The position numbers and the translations under genes were made by a program. Below are positions 27,867 through 41,000 of a stretch of DNA of 48,466 nt, piece by piece (positions within the stretch are counted from its first letter, which is position 1; each line of letters opens with the position of its first letter). The notes under the pieces were generated by a model that was given only the letters and a program-made list of their open reading frames with translations, was not told the DNA's origin and ran no database searches. The stretch is taken from the sequence record SRR22947727_3407. One strand, 5' to 3'.

Positions 27867-29079
27867 CGCTCTGCCCGACGGTGAGCTCGCGCCGGCCGAT
27901 GGCGGCCTCCCAGCATCAGCCAGGGAGGGTGCGGGTTCGAGGGACTTTGGACTCTATGTTCATGTGCCCTTTTGTGCGGTGCGCTGTGGCTATTGCGATT
28001 TCAATACCTACACCGCGACCGAGTTAGAGGGCGTTTCCCAGGCCAGCTATCCAGCCCAAGCCAACGCTGAAATCGAGTTTGCGAGACAGGTTCTCGAGAG
28101 CTCCGGGGTGACCCAGAGGCCGCTCTCCACCGTGTTTGTGGGGGGCGGGACGCCGACCCTGTTGGGACCAGAACCACTGGCGCTGATGCTGAAGAAAGCC
28201 AGGGAAACCTTCGGCTTTGTCGACGGCGCTGAAGTCACCGTCGAGGCAAATCCCGACAGTGTGAGCTCCGAGAATCTTCATGCCCTAAAGAGTGCCGGTG
28301 TGACCCGGGTGTCCTTTGGTGTGCAATCCAGTGACCCTTCGGTACTGGCCACCCTGGATCGAACCCACAATCCACAGCGTGTTCCAGAAATGGTGCAGTG
28401 GGCCAAGGATGCTGGCCTGCAGGTTTCCGTCGACCTCATTTATGGAACCCCGGGGGAGACATTGGAGAGCTGGAGGGCGACGCTGTCGAGCGCTCTCGAG
28501 CTTGCGCCCGACCATGTTTCTGCCTACGCCCTGATTGTGGAGAAAGGAACCGCGTTGGCAGCGCGAATCTCTCGGGGAGAGCTCGCGATGCCCGATGATG
28601 ACCTGCACGCGGAAATGTATACGCTCGCCGACGAGCTTTTCGAACAGGCCGGGTACTCCTGGTACGAGGTGAGCAACTGGGCGAGAACACCCGAGCACCA
28701 TTCCCGCCACAACCACTCGTATTGGACATCCCAAGACTGGTGGGGGATTGGCCCTGGAGCGCACTCCCATGTTGGTGGCACCAGGTGGTGGAACGTCAAA
28801 CACCCCTCCGCTTACTCAACGAGGATGGGCCAGGGCGTCTCTCCTGCCTATGCGAGGGAAGTTTTGAGTCAGCACAGCATCCAGATGGAGCAGATTTTGC
28901 TGGGTATCCGCCTCGCAGAAGGCCTCGATGCTTCCCTGATAACGCCTGATCGCCGCCCTTTACTCGCCGAATGGGTGTCTCGTGGACTTCTGGATGGCGC
29001 TGCGCTACTGGCTGGTCGGGTGGTCCCCACTCTCCAGGGCCGTTTGGTCGCAGATTTCATGGCGCGGGAGCTGACCTGA
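27859..29079 (+). CDS. hemW: Radical SAM heme chaperone HemW (HemN-like)
   Basis: YVHVPFCAVRCGYCDFN (CxxxCxxC), GGGTPT, EANP, YEVSNW, HNHSYW, GIGPGAHS. Confidence 0.93.
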   Translation: MPSALPDGELAPADGGLPASAREGAGSRDFGLYVHVPFCAVRCGYCDFNTYTATELEGVSQASYPAQANAEIEFARQVLESSGVTQRPLSTVFVGGGTPTLLGPEPLALMLKKARETFGFVDGAEVTVEANPDSVSSENLHALKSAGVTRVSFGVQSSDPSVLATLDRTHNPQRVPEMVQWAKDAGLQVSVDLIYGTPGETLESWRATLSSALELAPDHVSAYALIVEKGTALAARISRGELAMPDDDLHAEMYTLADELFEQAGYSWYEVSNWARTPEHHSRHNHSYWTSQDWWGIGPGAHSHVGGTRWWNVKHPSAYSTRMGQGVSPAYAREVLSQHSIQMEQILLGIRLAEGLDASLITPDRRPLLAEWVSRGLLDGAALLAGRVVPTLQGRLVADFMARELT

Positions 29080-29107
29080 AGACCTGACTGAGGCATCATC
29101 GCTACTA

Positions 29108-29134
29108 TTAGCAATCAACAGGCGAGACTGCCAG
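29108..29134 (+). promoter_or_regulatory. CIRCE element (HrcA operator)
   Basis: TTAGCAATC-N9-GACTGCCAG versus consensus TTAGCACTC-N9-GAGTGCTAA. Abuts -10 TACTAT (29103-29108) upstream of hrcA. Confidence 0.85.
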
Positions 29135-29160
29135 TTTTGCGCGAAGGAGGTGGAGTCGTC

Positions 29161-30195
29161 ATGGTGTCAGACCGCGCCCTCGAGGTACTCCGGGTGATTG
29201 TGCAGGACTACATCGACTCCAAAGAGCCCGTCGCGTCGAAAGCCATCGCCGATCGTCACGGATTTGGAGTCTCAGCGGCCACGATTCGCAATGATATGGC
29301 GTTGCTGGAGGAGGAGGAACTAATTACGGCTCCTCACACCTCTGCAGGGCGTATCCCGACCGACAAGGGTTACCGGGTGTTTGTGGATCAGCTGGCCGGT
29401 GTGAAGCCACTCACTCCTGCGCAACGCCGGGCTATCGAGCAGTTCCTCAGCGAATCTGCTGACCTTGATGACACCCTCACCCGCACGGTGCGCCTGCTCT
29501 CCCAGCTCACCAACCAGGTTGCGATCTTGCAGTACCCGAGTTTGAGTATTGCCACGGTCCGTCATGTGGAGTTGCTCCCGATGGGATCACACCGCGTCAT
29601 GACGGTCCTGATCACCGACGGTGGATCGGTCGATCAGAACATCGTGGAGTGCCCCGCGGAACTCGATGAAGAAGTGGTCGCCGAGTTGCGTGCGCACCTC
29701 AACGCCCAACTCGTCGGGGTGTCCCTGGCGCAGATGCCCGAGAAATTGCGGGGACTCTCCGCAACAGTGTCCCCAAGACGCAAAGACCTCATGGACGCAC
29801 TCAGTGATGCCCTCCAGCATGCGGTGGACGGGCATCGATCCGATCGTTTGATGATGGCAGGCGCCGCCAATTTGGTGCGAGGCGAGCACGACTTCACCTC
29901 CTCTGTGTATCCCGTGCTGGAGGCGATTGAGCAACAGGTCACACTATTGAAGCTCTTCACGGAGATGAAGTGGGAGTCAGAAGAAGTCCAGGCCCGCATA
30001 GGTCGAGAAAACGAAGGTCCCTTCGCCGAAACCGCGGTTCTTGCCTCCGCCTACCAGTCGGGCTCTGAGCACAGAGCAACCCTGGGAGTGGTGGGGCCGA
30101 CGCGGATGGATTACTCCAGCAATATGACCGCGGTCCGTGCTGTGGCGAGCTACCTCTCGCGATTGCTCGGTGACCACGAATCGGAAAGAGCCTAA
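29161..30195 (+). CDS. hrcA: Heat-inducible transcription repressor
   Basis: [51 protein letters not shown]. Confidence 0.96.
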   Translation: MVSDRALEVLRVIVQDYIDSKEPVASKAIADRHGFGVSAATIRNDMALLEEEELITAPHTSAGRIPTDKGYRVFVDQLAGVKPLTPAQRRAIEQFLSESADLDDTLTRTVRLLSQLTNQVAILQYPSLSIATVRHVELLPMGSHRVMTVLITDGGSVDQNIVECPAELDEEVVAELRAHLNAQLVGVSLAQMPEKLRGLSATVSPRRKDLMDALSDALQHAVDGHRSDRLMMAGAANLVRGEHDFTSSVYPVLEAIEQQVTLLKLFTEMKWESEEVQARIGRENEGPFAETAVLASAYQSGSEHRATLGVVGPTRMDYSSNMTAVRAVASYLSRLLGDHESERA

Positions 30196-30199
30196 ACGC

Positions 30200-31297
30200 G
30201 TGAGTGTTGATCATTACGAGGTTCTCGGTGTTAGCCGGGATGCCAGCCCGGAGGACATTAAGAAGGCCTACCGCAAGTTGGCGCGGCAACTTCACCCAGA
30301 CGTCAACAACGCCGACGATGCCGAAGAGAAGTTCAAACTGGTCTCCCACGCCTACGACGTTCTCTCGGATCCCGAGCAGCGGGCCAACTATGACATGGGT
30401 GGTCAGGCTGGCTTTGGCGGTTTTGGACCCTTTGGCGACATTTTCGAAACGTTCTTCGGGCAGGGCGGATCCCAGCGAGGACCACGGTCTCGCAAAGAAC
30501 GAGGACAAGACGCCCTGCTGCGGGTTGATGTTGATCTGAAAGACGTCATCTTTGGAGTGACGCAAACCCTCGAGGTCGACACCGCGGTGGTGTGTGAATC
30601 CTGCAACGGGTCCTGTGCATCACCGGGGACGCAGGCTCGTCGGTGCGACATCTGTGGAGGTTCTGGATCTCTGCAACGCACTGTTCGCTCGGTGCTGGGA
30701 AACATGGTCACGCAGAGCCCTTGTGGAAGTTGTCGGGGATTTGGTGAAGTCATTGACTCTCCGTGCCCCACCTGCGCAGGTCAAGGCCGCGTCCGCGCAA
30801 CGCGCTCGCTCTCGGTGGATATTCCTGGTGGCATCGAGACAGGGCAGAGAATTCACCTCCCCGGCCAAGGAGAAGTAGGCCACGGCGGTGGTCCCGCCGG
30901 GGATCTTTATCTGGAGTTCACTGTGCGAGGAGACAAGATCTTCTCCCGTTCAGGCGATGACATTATCGCCACCATCGAGGTGGACGTCTTGGACGCGATT
31001 GAGGGCATCGAAGTCACCCTCGAAGCTCTCGATGGTGACGTTGTCGTGCCTGTGAAGCCGGGAACCCAAAGCGCCGATGTCATCACCATCAAGGGTCGCG
31101 GCGTCACAAAACTTCGCGGTAATGGGCGCGGAGATTTGCGCTTCGGGGTTCAAGTTCTCACCCCCACAAAACTGAGCGCCAAAGAATCAGAACTGGTCAA
31201 AAAGTTGCGCGAGCTTCGCAAACCCGCGCCGCCCACTCTGGCGGGTGCGCAACAGGGTGTCTTCCAAAAGTTCCGAGACCGCCTCTTCGGGGGATAA
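30200..31297 (+). CDS. dnaJ: Molecular chaperone DnaJ
   Basis: J-domain with HPD, G/F region, four CxxCxGxG repeats. Confidence 0.96.
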   Translation: MSVDHYEVLGVSRDASPEDIKKAYRKLARQLHPDVNNADDAEEKFKLVSHAYDVLSDPEQRANYDMGGQAGFGGFGPFGDIFETFFGQGGSQRGPRSRKERGQDALLRVDVDLKDVIFGVTQTLEVDTAVVCESCNGSCASPGTQARRCDICGGSGSLQRTVRSVLGNMVTQSPCGSCRGFGEVIDSPCPTCAGQGRVRATRSLSVDIPGGIETGQRIHLPGQGEVGHGGGPAGDLYLEFTVRGDKIFSRSGDDIIATIEVDVLDAIEGIEVTLEALDGDVVVPVKPGTQSADVITIKGRGVTKLRGNGRGDLRFGVQVLTPTKLSAKESELVKKLRELRKPAPPTLAGAQQGVFQKFRDRLFGG

Positions 31298-31301
31298 CCA
31301 G

Positions 31302-32033
31302 GTGGCCCACCTCTACTACGTGCCCTCGGGCGACTCTCTCGAGGCTGGAGTGCCGGCCAGGCTTCTCGACGAGGAGGCCAGGCATGCCGCCACCGTGGGG
31401 AGGCTTGGCGTGGGAGAAGACATTCTGGTCGGTGATGGTGTCGGAACTTTGGCCACAGCCCGAGCCACCGCAGTGGGGCCCAAGGAGGTCGTCCTCGAGG
31501 TGCTGGAGACCACCGTCCACGCCCGACCGCAGCCGCAGATCTGGCTCGTGCAGGCATTGGCCAAAGGCGACCGCGACGAGCTAGCCATTCAAACCTGCAC
31601 AGAGCTCGGTGTTGATCGCATCATCCCCTGGCAGGCTGCCCGCAGTGTGTCGGTCTGGAAAGGCGACAAAGTCGCCAAGGGCGTCGCTCGATGGCAGAAA
31701 ATCGCCACGGAAGCATCCAAGCAGTCTCTGCGCCCGTGGATACCCACCGTCGATCCCGTCATGACCACCAAAGAGATTGCTGGGCTCGGGGGTGACCACC
31801 AGTTACTTCTTCTGGAGCCAGGCGCACGTGATGCGCTTTCCGCCTACATCCCCGCTCGGACGCCACACGTACTCGTGATGGTGGGTCCAGAGGGGGGAAT
31901 CGAGCCCTCGGAGAAAGAGCTGTTGATGAGCTCAGGCGCCCTCGACCTGCGGCTGGGCTCCACAGTTCTTCGAACCTCGAGTGCTGGCCCCGCAGCGCTT
32001 GCTCTGCTGAACAGTTCTATGGGGCGCTGGTGA
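31302..32033 (+). CDS. rsmE: 16S rRNA m3U1498 methyltransferase
   Basis: QALAKGDR, TELGVD, EASKQS, VGPEGG, LGSTVLRTSSAG. Confidence 0.94.
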   Translation: MAHLYYVPSGDSLEAGVPARLLDEEARHAATVGRLGVGEDILVGDGVGTLATARATAVGPKEVVLEVLETTVHARPQPQIWLVQALAKGDRDELAIQTCTELGVDRIIPWQAARSVSVWKGDKVAKGVARWQKIATEASKQSLRPWIPTVDPVMTTKEIAGLGGDHQLLLLEPGARDALSAYIPARTPHVLVMVGPEGGIEPSEKELLMSSGALDLRLGSTVLRTSSAGPAALALLNSSMGRW

Positions 32034-32076
32034 TAACTGGGTGCGGGTGCTGGAGCCAAGTTCTAGACTGGGGTTC

Positions 32077-32424
32077 ATGAGCGAGCCCTCGATTTTCTCC
32101 CGCATCATTGCCGGGGAAATCCCTGCGGACATTGTGTTCCAGAACGAGCGCATCATTGCTCTACGCGATATCGCGCCCAAGGCGCCGGTTCACCTTCTCG
32201 TTGTCCCCAAAACGGAGGCATACCGAGATGTGACCGAGCTTGCCGCGGGCGATCCGGCGTTGCTCCAAGAAATGGTGCAGGTCGCCGGCGATCTCGCCGC
32301 CGAGCACGCTGATGGCGATTTCCGTCTGGTGTTCAATACCGGTGTGGGGGGTGGGCAAACGGTTTTTCACGTTCACGCCCATGTGCTCGCGGGTGGGCTT
32401 GAAGAGGGATCACTTGCCGGCTAA
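32077..32424 (+). CDS. HIT-family (HinT-like) nucleotide hydrolase
   Basis: IFSRIIAGEIPA, DIAPKAPVH, GQTVFHVHAHVL histidine triad. TAGACT-N7-ATG promoter. Confidence 0.93.
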   Translation: MSEPSIFSRIIAGEIPADIVFQNERIIALRDIAPKAPVHLLVVPKTEAYRDVTELAAGDPALLQEMVQVAGDLAAEHADGDFRLVFNTGVGGGQTVFHVHAHVLAGGLEEGSLAG

Positions 32425-33400
32425 ATCACCGAACTCAGTGTCCCTCACGGTGGATGTTGATGATGTCGCCATGATTCGTGTCCTGGGTGTTCACGATCGG
32501 GTCCTCTCCCAGGTGGAGGCGGAATGCCCTGGTGTTGTCATTGTCGCCAGAGGCAACACGATTACCATCTCTGGCGCGGAAGACGATGTCGCCACCGCCC
32601 ACCAACTCGTCAGTGATCTGGTGCAGATGGCCAGAGACGGTGTCGATTTGGGCGCTCGGGATGTCGCCACAGTGGCAGAAATTCAGCAGTCAACTGGCAA
32701 AAGAGCGGCCGGTTTTCTGACCGAACCGATTCTTTCCTCTCGCGGTCACACGATTAGACCCAAGACTCTGGGCCAAAAGAACTATGTCGATTCCATCGAT
32801 CAGAACACGATTGTGTTTGGGGTGGGGCCCGCCGGTACCGGAAAGACCTACTTGGCCATGGCCAAAGCGGTCGCGGCCCTCGAGCGTAAAGAGGTCGACC
32901 GCATTATTTTGACCAGGCCTGCTGTGGAAGCAGGCGAGCGCTTGGGATTCCTGCCCGGCACGCTGACGGACAAGATCGACCCCTACCTGCGCCCTCTGTT
33001 TGACGCCCTCCACGAAATGATGGACCCGGACTTGATTCCGAAGCTTCTGGCGAGCGGAACGGTGGAGGTTGCGCCACTGGCCTATATGCGAGGTCGAACA
33101 CTGAACTCGTCCTTTATCATCTTGGATGAAGCCCAGAACACCACGCCTGAGCAGATGAAGATGTTCCTCACTCGGTTGGGGTTCGGATCCAAGATGATCA
33201 TCACGGGAGATATCACCCAAGTTGACCTTCCTGGCGGGACCAGCGGGTTGAAGCTGGTGGGAGGAATCCTCGAAGACCTCGAGGATATTCATTTTGAGTA
33301 CCTCACGGCCAAGGATGTTGTCCGCCACTCGTTGGTGTCAGAAATTGTCGAAGCGTATGCCCGTCACGAGGCGGGAAAGGGGCAGAAGCGTGTCCGTTGA
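32414..33400 (+). CDS. phoH: PhoH-family ATPase (YbeZ-like)
   Basis: GPAGTGKT, LTRPAVEAGERLGFLPG, LAYMRGRTL, LDEAQN, GDITQVD. Start (TTG 32414) is approximate. Confidence 0.93.
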   Translation: MPAKSPNSVSLTVDVDDVAMIRVLGVHDRVLSQVEAECPGVVIVARGNTITISGAEDDVATAHQLVSDLVQMARDGVDLGARDVATVAEIQQSTGKRAAGFLTEPILSSRGHTIRPKTLGQKNYVDSIDQNTIVFGVGPAGTGKTYLAMAKAVAALERKEVDRIILTRPAVEAGERLGFLPGTLTDKIDPYLRPLFDALHEMMDPDLIPKLLASGTVEVAPLAYMRGRTLNSSFIILDEAQNTTPEQMKMFLTRLGFGSKMIITGDITQVDLPGGTSGLKLVGGILEDLEDIHFEYLTAKDVVRHSLVSEIVEAYARHEAGKGQKRVR

Positions 33401-33842
33401 GCTCACCAACGAGTCAGGTTTCTCCGTCGATGAGGAATCCCTCCAGGCTGTGACCATGCACGCGATGGCTCAGATGAGAGTTCACCCCGATGCGGATGTT
33501 GCCATCGTCTTGGTGGACGAGAAAGCAATGTCGGATTTGCACCTGCAGTGGATGGACGAGCCCGGTCCCACCGACGTGTTGAGCTTTCCCATGGACGAGC
33601 TTCGCCCAGGCCTTGAGGGTGATGATGCTGCCGAGGGCATCCTCGGCGACATTGTGCTCTGCCCGAGCGTTGCTCAAAAGCAGGCGGAAGCAGCGGGACA
33701 CTCGGTGATGGATGAGCTCCATATGTTGACCGTCCACGGAATGTTGCATCTGCTCGGCTTTGACCATGCTGAACCGGAAGAAGAGAAAGAGATGTTCGGC
33801 TTGCAGGGCGACATCCTGCGCAGTTTTCAGGAGATTCGCTGA
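33390..33842 (+). CDS. ybeY: rRNA maturation endoribonuclease YbeY
   Basis: PTDVLSFPM, LGDIVLC, HGMLHLLGFDH. Confidence 0.95.
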   Translation: MSVELTNESGFSVDEESLQAVTMHAMAQMRVHPDADVAIVLVDEKAMSDLHLQWMDEPGPTDVLSFPMDELRPGLEGDDAAEGILGDIVLCPSVAQKQAEAAGHSVMDELHMLTVHGMLHLLGFDHAEPEEEKEMFGLQGDILRSFQEIR

Positions 33843-35161
33843 TGGCCCTAGCGTTCGTGATTATCGCGGTGCTGTTGATCGTCCTCGGTGGGTTGTTGAC
33901 CGCGATTGATTCAGCTTTCTCCTCCGTCGGGAAGCACGATCTCATCGAAGAGGCGGCCGCTAAGCGCAAACCCCAAGCGCTGCATCGCATTGCCGCTGAT
34001 TTGCCCGCTCACCTCACCGCGCTGCGCTTTGTTCGCGTGGTCGTGGACACCATTGCGGCGGTCTTGATTACGTTGGCCGCCTCGATGTGGTTGTCGCAGT
34101 GGTGGCAGGTCCTCCTGGTTGCAGGAGCAATTATGACCGGCGTCTCCTTTGTGGTGGTGGGCTCGAGCCCCCGGGCCGTGGGGGCGCGGAATGCGCCGTT
34201 TATGGTGAGGACCTTTGGTGGTCTTGTGCGAGGAGTTCGGCTTGCCGTGGGACCGCTGGCCGAAGGCCTTGTTGTGCTCGGAAATGTGGTGACTCCCGGC
34301 GTCGGCGGGACCGACACCGTGACTAGTGAAAACCAGTTCCGAAACTGGGTGGATGAAGCCACCGAACGAGACATGCTCGAAGAGGAAGACCGAGAGCTTC
34401 TGCACTCGGTCTTCGATTTCGGCGACACTATCGTCCGAGAAATCATGGTTGCTCGCACGGACATGATCACCGTGGATGCTGAGGACAGTATCAACGACGT
34501 CATGACGGTGTTCCTCGACAGGGGTGTCTCCCGGATGCCCGTCATCGGGAAAGACAGTGACGAAGTGATCGGAATTTGCTACCTGCGCGACGTGGCGCGG
34601 GTGAAGCACGAGAAGCCCGCAGCGGCGCTCAAGAAGCCGATCGCGACGCTCGCGAAGCCGGCGCTGTTTATTCCGGAGAGCAAGAATGCCGATGACACCT
34701 TGCGGTTTTTGCAGAGAGAACAAAACCACCTTGCCATGGTGGTCGATGAGTATGGCGGGATTGCAGGTTTGGTCACCCTGGAGGACTTGATCGAAGAGCT
34801 CCTGGGTGAAATATCTGATGAATATGACACGGATGTCGACGAGATGTATCCACTGGGAGCCGACCGTTATCGCGTGTCCGCGAAGTATGCCGTGGATGAT
34901 CTCGAAGACCTCTACGACATCGACATCGACGAAGAAGATGTCGATACGGTTGGTGGCTTGTTGACCAAACTTATTGGACGGCTCCCGGAGGGTGGCTCGA
35001 TGGCTTCCACCCAGGACCTGATCTTGGTGGCCGAGCAACCAGAAGGTCGACACCAACGAGTGTCATGGATTCGTGTCTCGCCCACCGAGGGCTGGTTGGA
35101 GCGGAAAGCCGTTCGCGCAGAAATCGACCAAGCCAGCACGGGTGAAGTGCCCCTCCCATGA
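33842..35161 (+). CDS. CNNM/HlyC-CorC (hemolysin-family) CBS-domain protein
   Basis: N-terminal TM (DUF21) region, VREIMVAR, SRMPV, VVDEYGGIAGLVTLEDLIEELLGEISDEYD, CorC domain. Confidence 0.92.
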   Translation: MALAFVIIAVLLIVLGGLLTAIDSAFSSVGKHDLIEEAAAKRKPQALHRIAADLPAHLTALRFVRVVVDTIAAVLITLAASMWLSQWWQVLLVAGAIMTGVSFVVVGSSPRAVGARNAPFMVRTFGGLVRGVRLAVGPLAEGLVVLGNVVTPGVGGTDTVTSENQFRNWVDEATERDMLEEEDRELLHSVFDFGDTIVREIMVARTDMITVDAEDSINDVMTVFLDRGVSRMPVIGKDSDEVIGICYLRDVARVKHEKPAAALKKPIATLAKPALFIPESKNADDTLRFLQREQNHLAMVVDEYGGIAGLVTLEDLIEELLGEISDEYDTDVDEMYPLGADRYRVSAKYAVDDLEDLYDIDIDEEDVDTVGGLLTKLIGRLPEGGSMASTQDLILVAEQPEGRHQRVSWIRVSPTEGWLERKAVRAEIDQASTGEVPLP

Positions 35162-36051
35162 GCGCCGAAGGCTATCGGGCAGGGTTTGTTACCTTTGTGG
35201 GTCGACCGAACGTCGGTAAGTCAACCCTCATGAACGCTCTGGTGGGTGAGAAGGTCGCGATTACCTCCTCTAAGCCCCAGACAACTCGGCATGCCATTCG
35301 AGGGATCGTGCATCGGGACAATGGCCAGCTCATCATTGTGGACACCCCCGGTGTTCACCGCCCACGAACTCTGTTGGGCCAGCGACTCAATGATTTGGTC
35401 CAATCCACCCTTTCAGAGGTAGACGTGATTGCTTTATGTGTCCCGGCTACTGATGATGTGGGACCGGGTGACACGTTTATCGCCAACGAAATCCTCAAAT
35501 ACCCGAGAGCACGCAAGATTGCTCTCATTACCAAGACCGATAGCGCTACGAAAGACCAGATTGCGACCCGGCTGATGGAAGTCGACCAGTTGGCGGACTG
35601 GGAGGCTCTCATTCCTCTCTCCGCCCTGACCGGAGAGCAACTCGATGTGGTGGTGCGAGAGATTTTGGCGTTGATGCCCGAGTCTGACCCGCTCTATCCT
35701 CCCGAGGACACCAGCGAACAAACGGTAGAAGTCCGAATCGCAGAGTTGATCCGCGAGGCAACCCTGGAAGGTGTCAACGAGGAGCTTCCGCACTCCATTG
35801 CCGTCACCATTGACGAGATGGGGGAGCGAGAAGACGGGTTGCACCAGATTTTTGCCAGTCTGTGGGTGGAGCGCGATAGTCAAAAAGGCATCATGATCGG
35901 CAAAGGCGGCGGAAAACTCAAAGACATTGGCTCGCGCGCCAGAGCCGAGATCGAAGCTTTGTTAGGACACAAGGTCTACTTGTCCATCCAGGTCAAAGTC
36001 TCGAAAGAGTGGCAGCGAGACTCCAAAAAGATCACCAAACTGGGTCTCTAG
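35158..36051 (+). CDS. era: GTPase Era
   Basis: GRPNVGKSTL, KPQTTR, DTPG, TKTD, KH domain with SQKGIMIGKGG. Confidence 0.97.
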   Translation: MSAEGYRAGFVTFVGRPNVGKSTLMNALVGEKVAITSSKPQTTRHAIRGIVHRDNGQLIIVDTPGVHRPRTLLGQRLNDLVQSTLSEVDVIALCVPATDDVGPGDTFIANEILKYPRARKIALITKTDSATKDQIATRLMEVDQLADWEALIPLSALTGEQLDVVVREILALMPESDPLYPPEDTSEQTVEVRIAELIREATLEGVNEELPHSIAVTIDEMGEREDGLHQIFASLWVERDSQKGIMIGKGGGKLKDIGSRARAEIEALLGHKVYLSIQVKVSKEWQRDSKKITKLGL

Positions 36052-36083
36052 CGAGACACAGGGCCGCGTGTTACCCTAAACCT

Positions 36084-37959
<1,876 letters not shown>

Positions 37960-38009
37960 ACGGTGTGCCCCGGGGGATAAAAACTGGTCTCGCGCGGGAT
38001 ACTAGGGTC

Positions 38010-38765
38010 ATGCCCACCTACCGAGACGATGCGATTGTGCTGCGCACCCATCTCCTGGGCGAATCGGACAAGATTGTGACCCTATTGGGCCGCAGCCGCG
38101 GAAAAATCCGGGCTGTAGCAAAAGGAATTCGCAAGACTACGTCCCGTTTTGGTGCACGGCTGGAGCCTTTCAACCAGGTTGATGCGATGTTTTATGAGGG
38201 CAAAAGCCTCGACATTATTCAGCAGGCGGAATCACTGGGCGCTCACAGCCAAGCCATCGGCAAGGACTACGGCAAATACACCTGCGCCATGGTGATGGTG
38301 GAAACGGCAGACAAGCTCACCGATCACGACTACCAGCCCTCGCACTACTCACTCCTTCTGGGGGGTCTTCGTGCCCTGGCTGCGGGCGATCATGACTCGA
38401 GCTTGATTGTTGATTCCTATCTTCTGCGCGCTCTTGCGCTCGCCGGATGGTCACCGAGCTTGGAGTCGTGCGCTGTTACCGGTGATGTGGGTGACCACAG
38501 TGCTTTCGCGGTGTCATTGGGAGGGGTCGTTTCCGACGAGGTGGCACCACCTGGCTCTCCGCGCTTGCGGGAAGGCTCCAAATCGCTCCTCCAGTCGCTC
38601 CTTGAGGGGGACTGGCCTGTCGCAGAGGCCTCTGACGCTATGACGAGGTCGCAAGTCTCAGGCCTCATTGCTGCGTACACGCAGTATCACCTGGAGCGGC
38701 ACGTGAAATCCCTGGTGCACCTTGATCGCACGCCCACTACCAGGCCGGTGGAGGCACTCTCGTGA
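38010..38765 (+). CDS. recO: DNA repair protein RecO
   Basis: [37 protein letters not shown]. Start at ATG 38010, with GATACT-N6 upstream. Confidence 0.94.
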   Translation: MPTYRDDAIVLRTHLLGESDKIVTLLGRSRGKIRAVAKGIRKTTSRFGARLEPFNQVDAMFYEGKSLDIIQQAESLGAHSQAIGKDYGKYTCAMVMVETADKLTDHDYQPSHYSLLLGGLRALAAGDHDSSLIVDSYLLRALALAGWSPSLESCAVTGDVGDHSAFAVSLGGVVSDEVAPPGSPRLREGSKSLLQSLLEGDWPVAEASDAMTRSQVSGLIAAYTQYHLERHVKSLVHLDRTPTTRPVEALS

Positions 38766-39559
38766 GTTCACCGGACTTTCTGCCCGTGGATTGGACAGGA
38801 CAGACACCTCCAGCCTTTGATCGCCAGAAGATTCCTGCCCATGTAGCGCTCGTGATGGATGGAAACGGTCGCTGGGCTAACTCCCGGGGCTTGCCTCGCG
38901 TGGAGGGGCACAAAGCCGGGGAGGCCGCCCTGCTTGATGTGGTGGCCGGGGCTCTGCAAGCAGGGGTATCCCACCTTTCGGTCTATGCCTTTTCCACGGA
39001 GAACTGGAATCGCTCACCCGAGGAGGTGCGATTCTTGATGGGCTTCAACCGCGATGTCTTGCGCCGCCGCCGGGATCAACTTCACCACTGGGGAGTTCGG
39101 GTGCGTTGGTCGGGGAGACGACCCAAGCTCTGGTCCAGTGTGATCAAGGACTTAGAAGCCGCAGAGGCGCTCACGGCGCGGAACACTGCGCTCACCTTGA
39201 CCATGTGTGTGAACTATGGCGGTCGAGCAGAGATCATCGACGCGATGCGTGCCATCGCCGGTGAGGTGGCCGAGGGATCGATTGCGCCTGAGCGCATTAC
39301 CGAGAAGACGCTGGCTCGTCATCTCTATATTCCCTCGCAGCCCGATGTTGATCTGTTTGTGCGAACCTCGGGCGAGCAACGAACCAGCAATTTCATGCTG
39401 TGGCAGAGCGCGTATGCCGAAATGGTGTTCCTGGACACGTTGTGGCCAGATATGAACCGCACCGCTCTCTGGGAGGCCATAAGCCAGTACCAGTCACGAG
39501 CACGGCGTTTTGGTGGGGCTGTGGACCAACCGAAGACAGGACACAAAGCCTCTAGCTAA
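38762..39559 (+). CDS. uppS: cis-prenyltransferase (polyprenyl diphosphate synthase)
   Basis: [39 protein letters not shown]. Confidence 0.94.
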   Translation: MSSPDFLPVDWTGQTPPAFDRQKIPAHVALVMDGNGRWANSRGLPRVEGHKAGEAALLDVVAGALQAGVSHLSVYAFSTENWNRSPEEVRFLMGFNRDVLRRRRDQLHHWGVRVRWSGRRPKLWSSVIKDLEAAEALTARNTALTLTMCVNYGGRAEIIDAMRAIAGEVAEGSIAPERITEKTLARHLYIPSQPDVDLFVRTSGEQRTSNFMLWQSAYAEMVFLDTLWPDMNRTALWEAISQYQSRARRFGGAVDQPKTGHKASS

Positions 39560-39612
39560 GATAGAGACTCTGTGCCGGGGGTTTCCCGCCAGAAATCAAG
39601 GGAGCACCATCA

Positions 39613-40998
39613 GTGGCAGCCACAAGCAAGCTGGATAACGTCATCGCGCTCGCCAAGCGCCGAGGCTTTGTCTTTCAGTCTGGTGAAATCTACGGTGGTT
39701 CTCGCTCCGCCTGGGACTATGGCCCCTTGGGCGTTGAGCTCAAGGAAAACATCAAGCGCCAGTGGTGGCGGCGGATGGTGCAATCTCGTGCTGATGTCGT
39801 GGGGTTGGACTCCGCGGTCATCCTCCCCAAAGCCGTCTGGGAAGCGTCCGGGCACGTCGAAGTGTTCTCTGACCCGCTAGTGGAGTGCCTGAGTTGCCAC
39901 AAGCGCTACCGCGCCGATCACCTGCTCGAAGAGTTTGAAGAAAAGAAGGGCCGAGTACCCGAGAACGGGCTGGCTGACATTGCCTGCCCGCACTGTGGCA
40001 ATAAGGGCAAGTTCACGGAGCCTCGGGCGTTTAGCGGGCTGCTGAAGACCTATTTGGGGCCTGTCGATGACGAGGCCGGAATGCACTATCTCCGCCCAGA
40101 GACTGCGCAGGGCATCTTTGTGAACTTCAACAACGTGGTGTCGACGGCTCGGATGAAGCCACCGTTTGGTATCGCGCAAATTGGGAAGAGCTTCCGCAAC
40201 GAAATCACGCCGGGGAACTTCATTTTCCGTACCCGTGAGTTTGAGCAGATGGAGATGGAGTTCTTCGTCAAGCCCGGCGAGGACGAAGAATGGCACCAGT
40301 ACTGGATTGATGAGCGTTTTGCCTGGTACACGGAGCTCGGCATCAACCCCGAGAACCTGCGTCTGTATGAGCACCCCAAAGACAAGCTCTCGCACTACTC
40401 GAAGCGGACCGTCGACATCGAGTATCGCTTTGGCTTCTCCTCGGGTGAGTTTGGTGAGCTTGAGGGCGTTGCGAATCGGACCGACTTTGATCTCTCGACC
40501 CACAGCAAGCACTCCGGTGCTGACCTCTCCTTCTTTGACCAAGCGGTGGACGAGCGTTGGACCCCGTATGTGATTGAGCCGGCCGCTGGGTTGACCCGCT
40601 CCCTGATGGCCTTCCTGGTTGATTCCTACTACGAGGACGAAGCACCCAACTCCAAGGGTGGCGTTGACACCAGAACGGTGTTGCGCCTCGATCGACGTCT
40701 GGCACCCATCAAGGTAGCGATTCTGCCGCTGTCTCGTAACGAGCAGCTCTCGCCCCTGGCCCAGAAGGTCGCCGATGATCTCCGCCAGTACTGGAACGTG
40801 GAATTCGATGATGCCGGCGCCATTGGGCGTCGCTATCGTCGCAACGACGAAATCGGGACGCCCTTCGCGGTCACCGTGGACTTTGAGTCCCTGGAGGACA
40901 ACGCCGTGACCATTCGCGAGCGTGACACGATGAGCCAGGAGCGAGTCTCCTTGGACAAACTGCGCGATTATCTGTCCGCTGCGCTTGTAGGGGCGTAA
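39613..40998 (+). CDS. glyQS: Glycine--tRNA ligase (alpha2 homodimeric type)
   Basis: [59 protein letters not shown]. Confidence 0.97.
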   Translation: MAATSKLDNVIALAKRRGFVFQSGEIYGGSRSAWDYGPLGVELKENIKRQWWRRMVQSRADVVGLDSAVILPKAVWEASGHVEVFSDPLVECLSCHKRYRADHLLEEFEEKKGRVPENGLADIACPHCGNKGKFTEPRAFSGLLKTYLGPVDDEAGMHYLRPETAQGIFVNFNNVVSTARMKPPFGIAQIGKSFRNEITPGNFIFRTREFEQMEMEFFVKPGEDEEWHQYWIDERFAWYTELGINPENLRLYEHPKDKLSHYSKRTVDIEYRFGFSSGEFGELEGVANRTDFDLSTHSKHSGADLSFFDQAVDERWTPYVIEPAAGLTRSLMAFLVDSYYEDEAPNSKGGVDTRTVLRLDRRLAPIKVAILPLSRNEQLSPLAQKVADDLRQYWNVEFDDAGAIGRRYRRNDEIGTPFAVTVDFESLEDNAVTIRERDTMSQERVSLDKLRDYLSAALVGA

Positions 40999-41000
40999 TC

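Noticed and set aside
39560..39612. T-box upstream of glyQS (or leuS)
   Set aside because: The leaders are far too short and lack the T-box antiterminator sequence.
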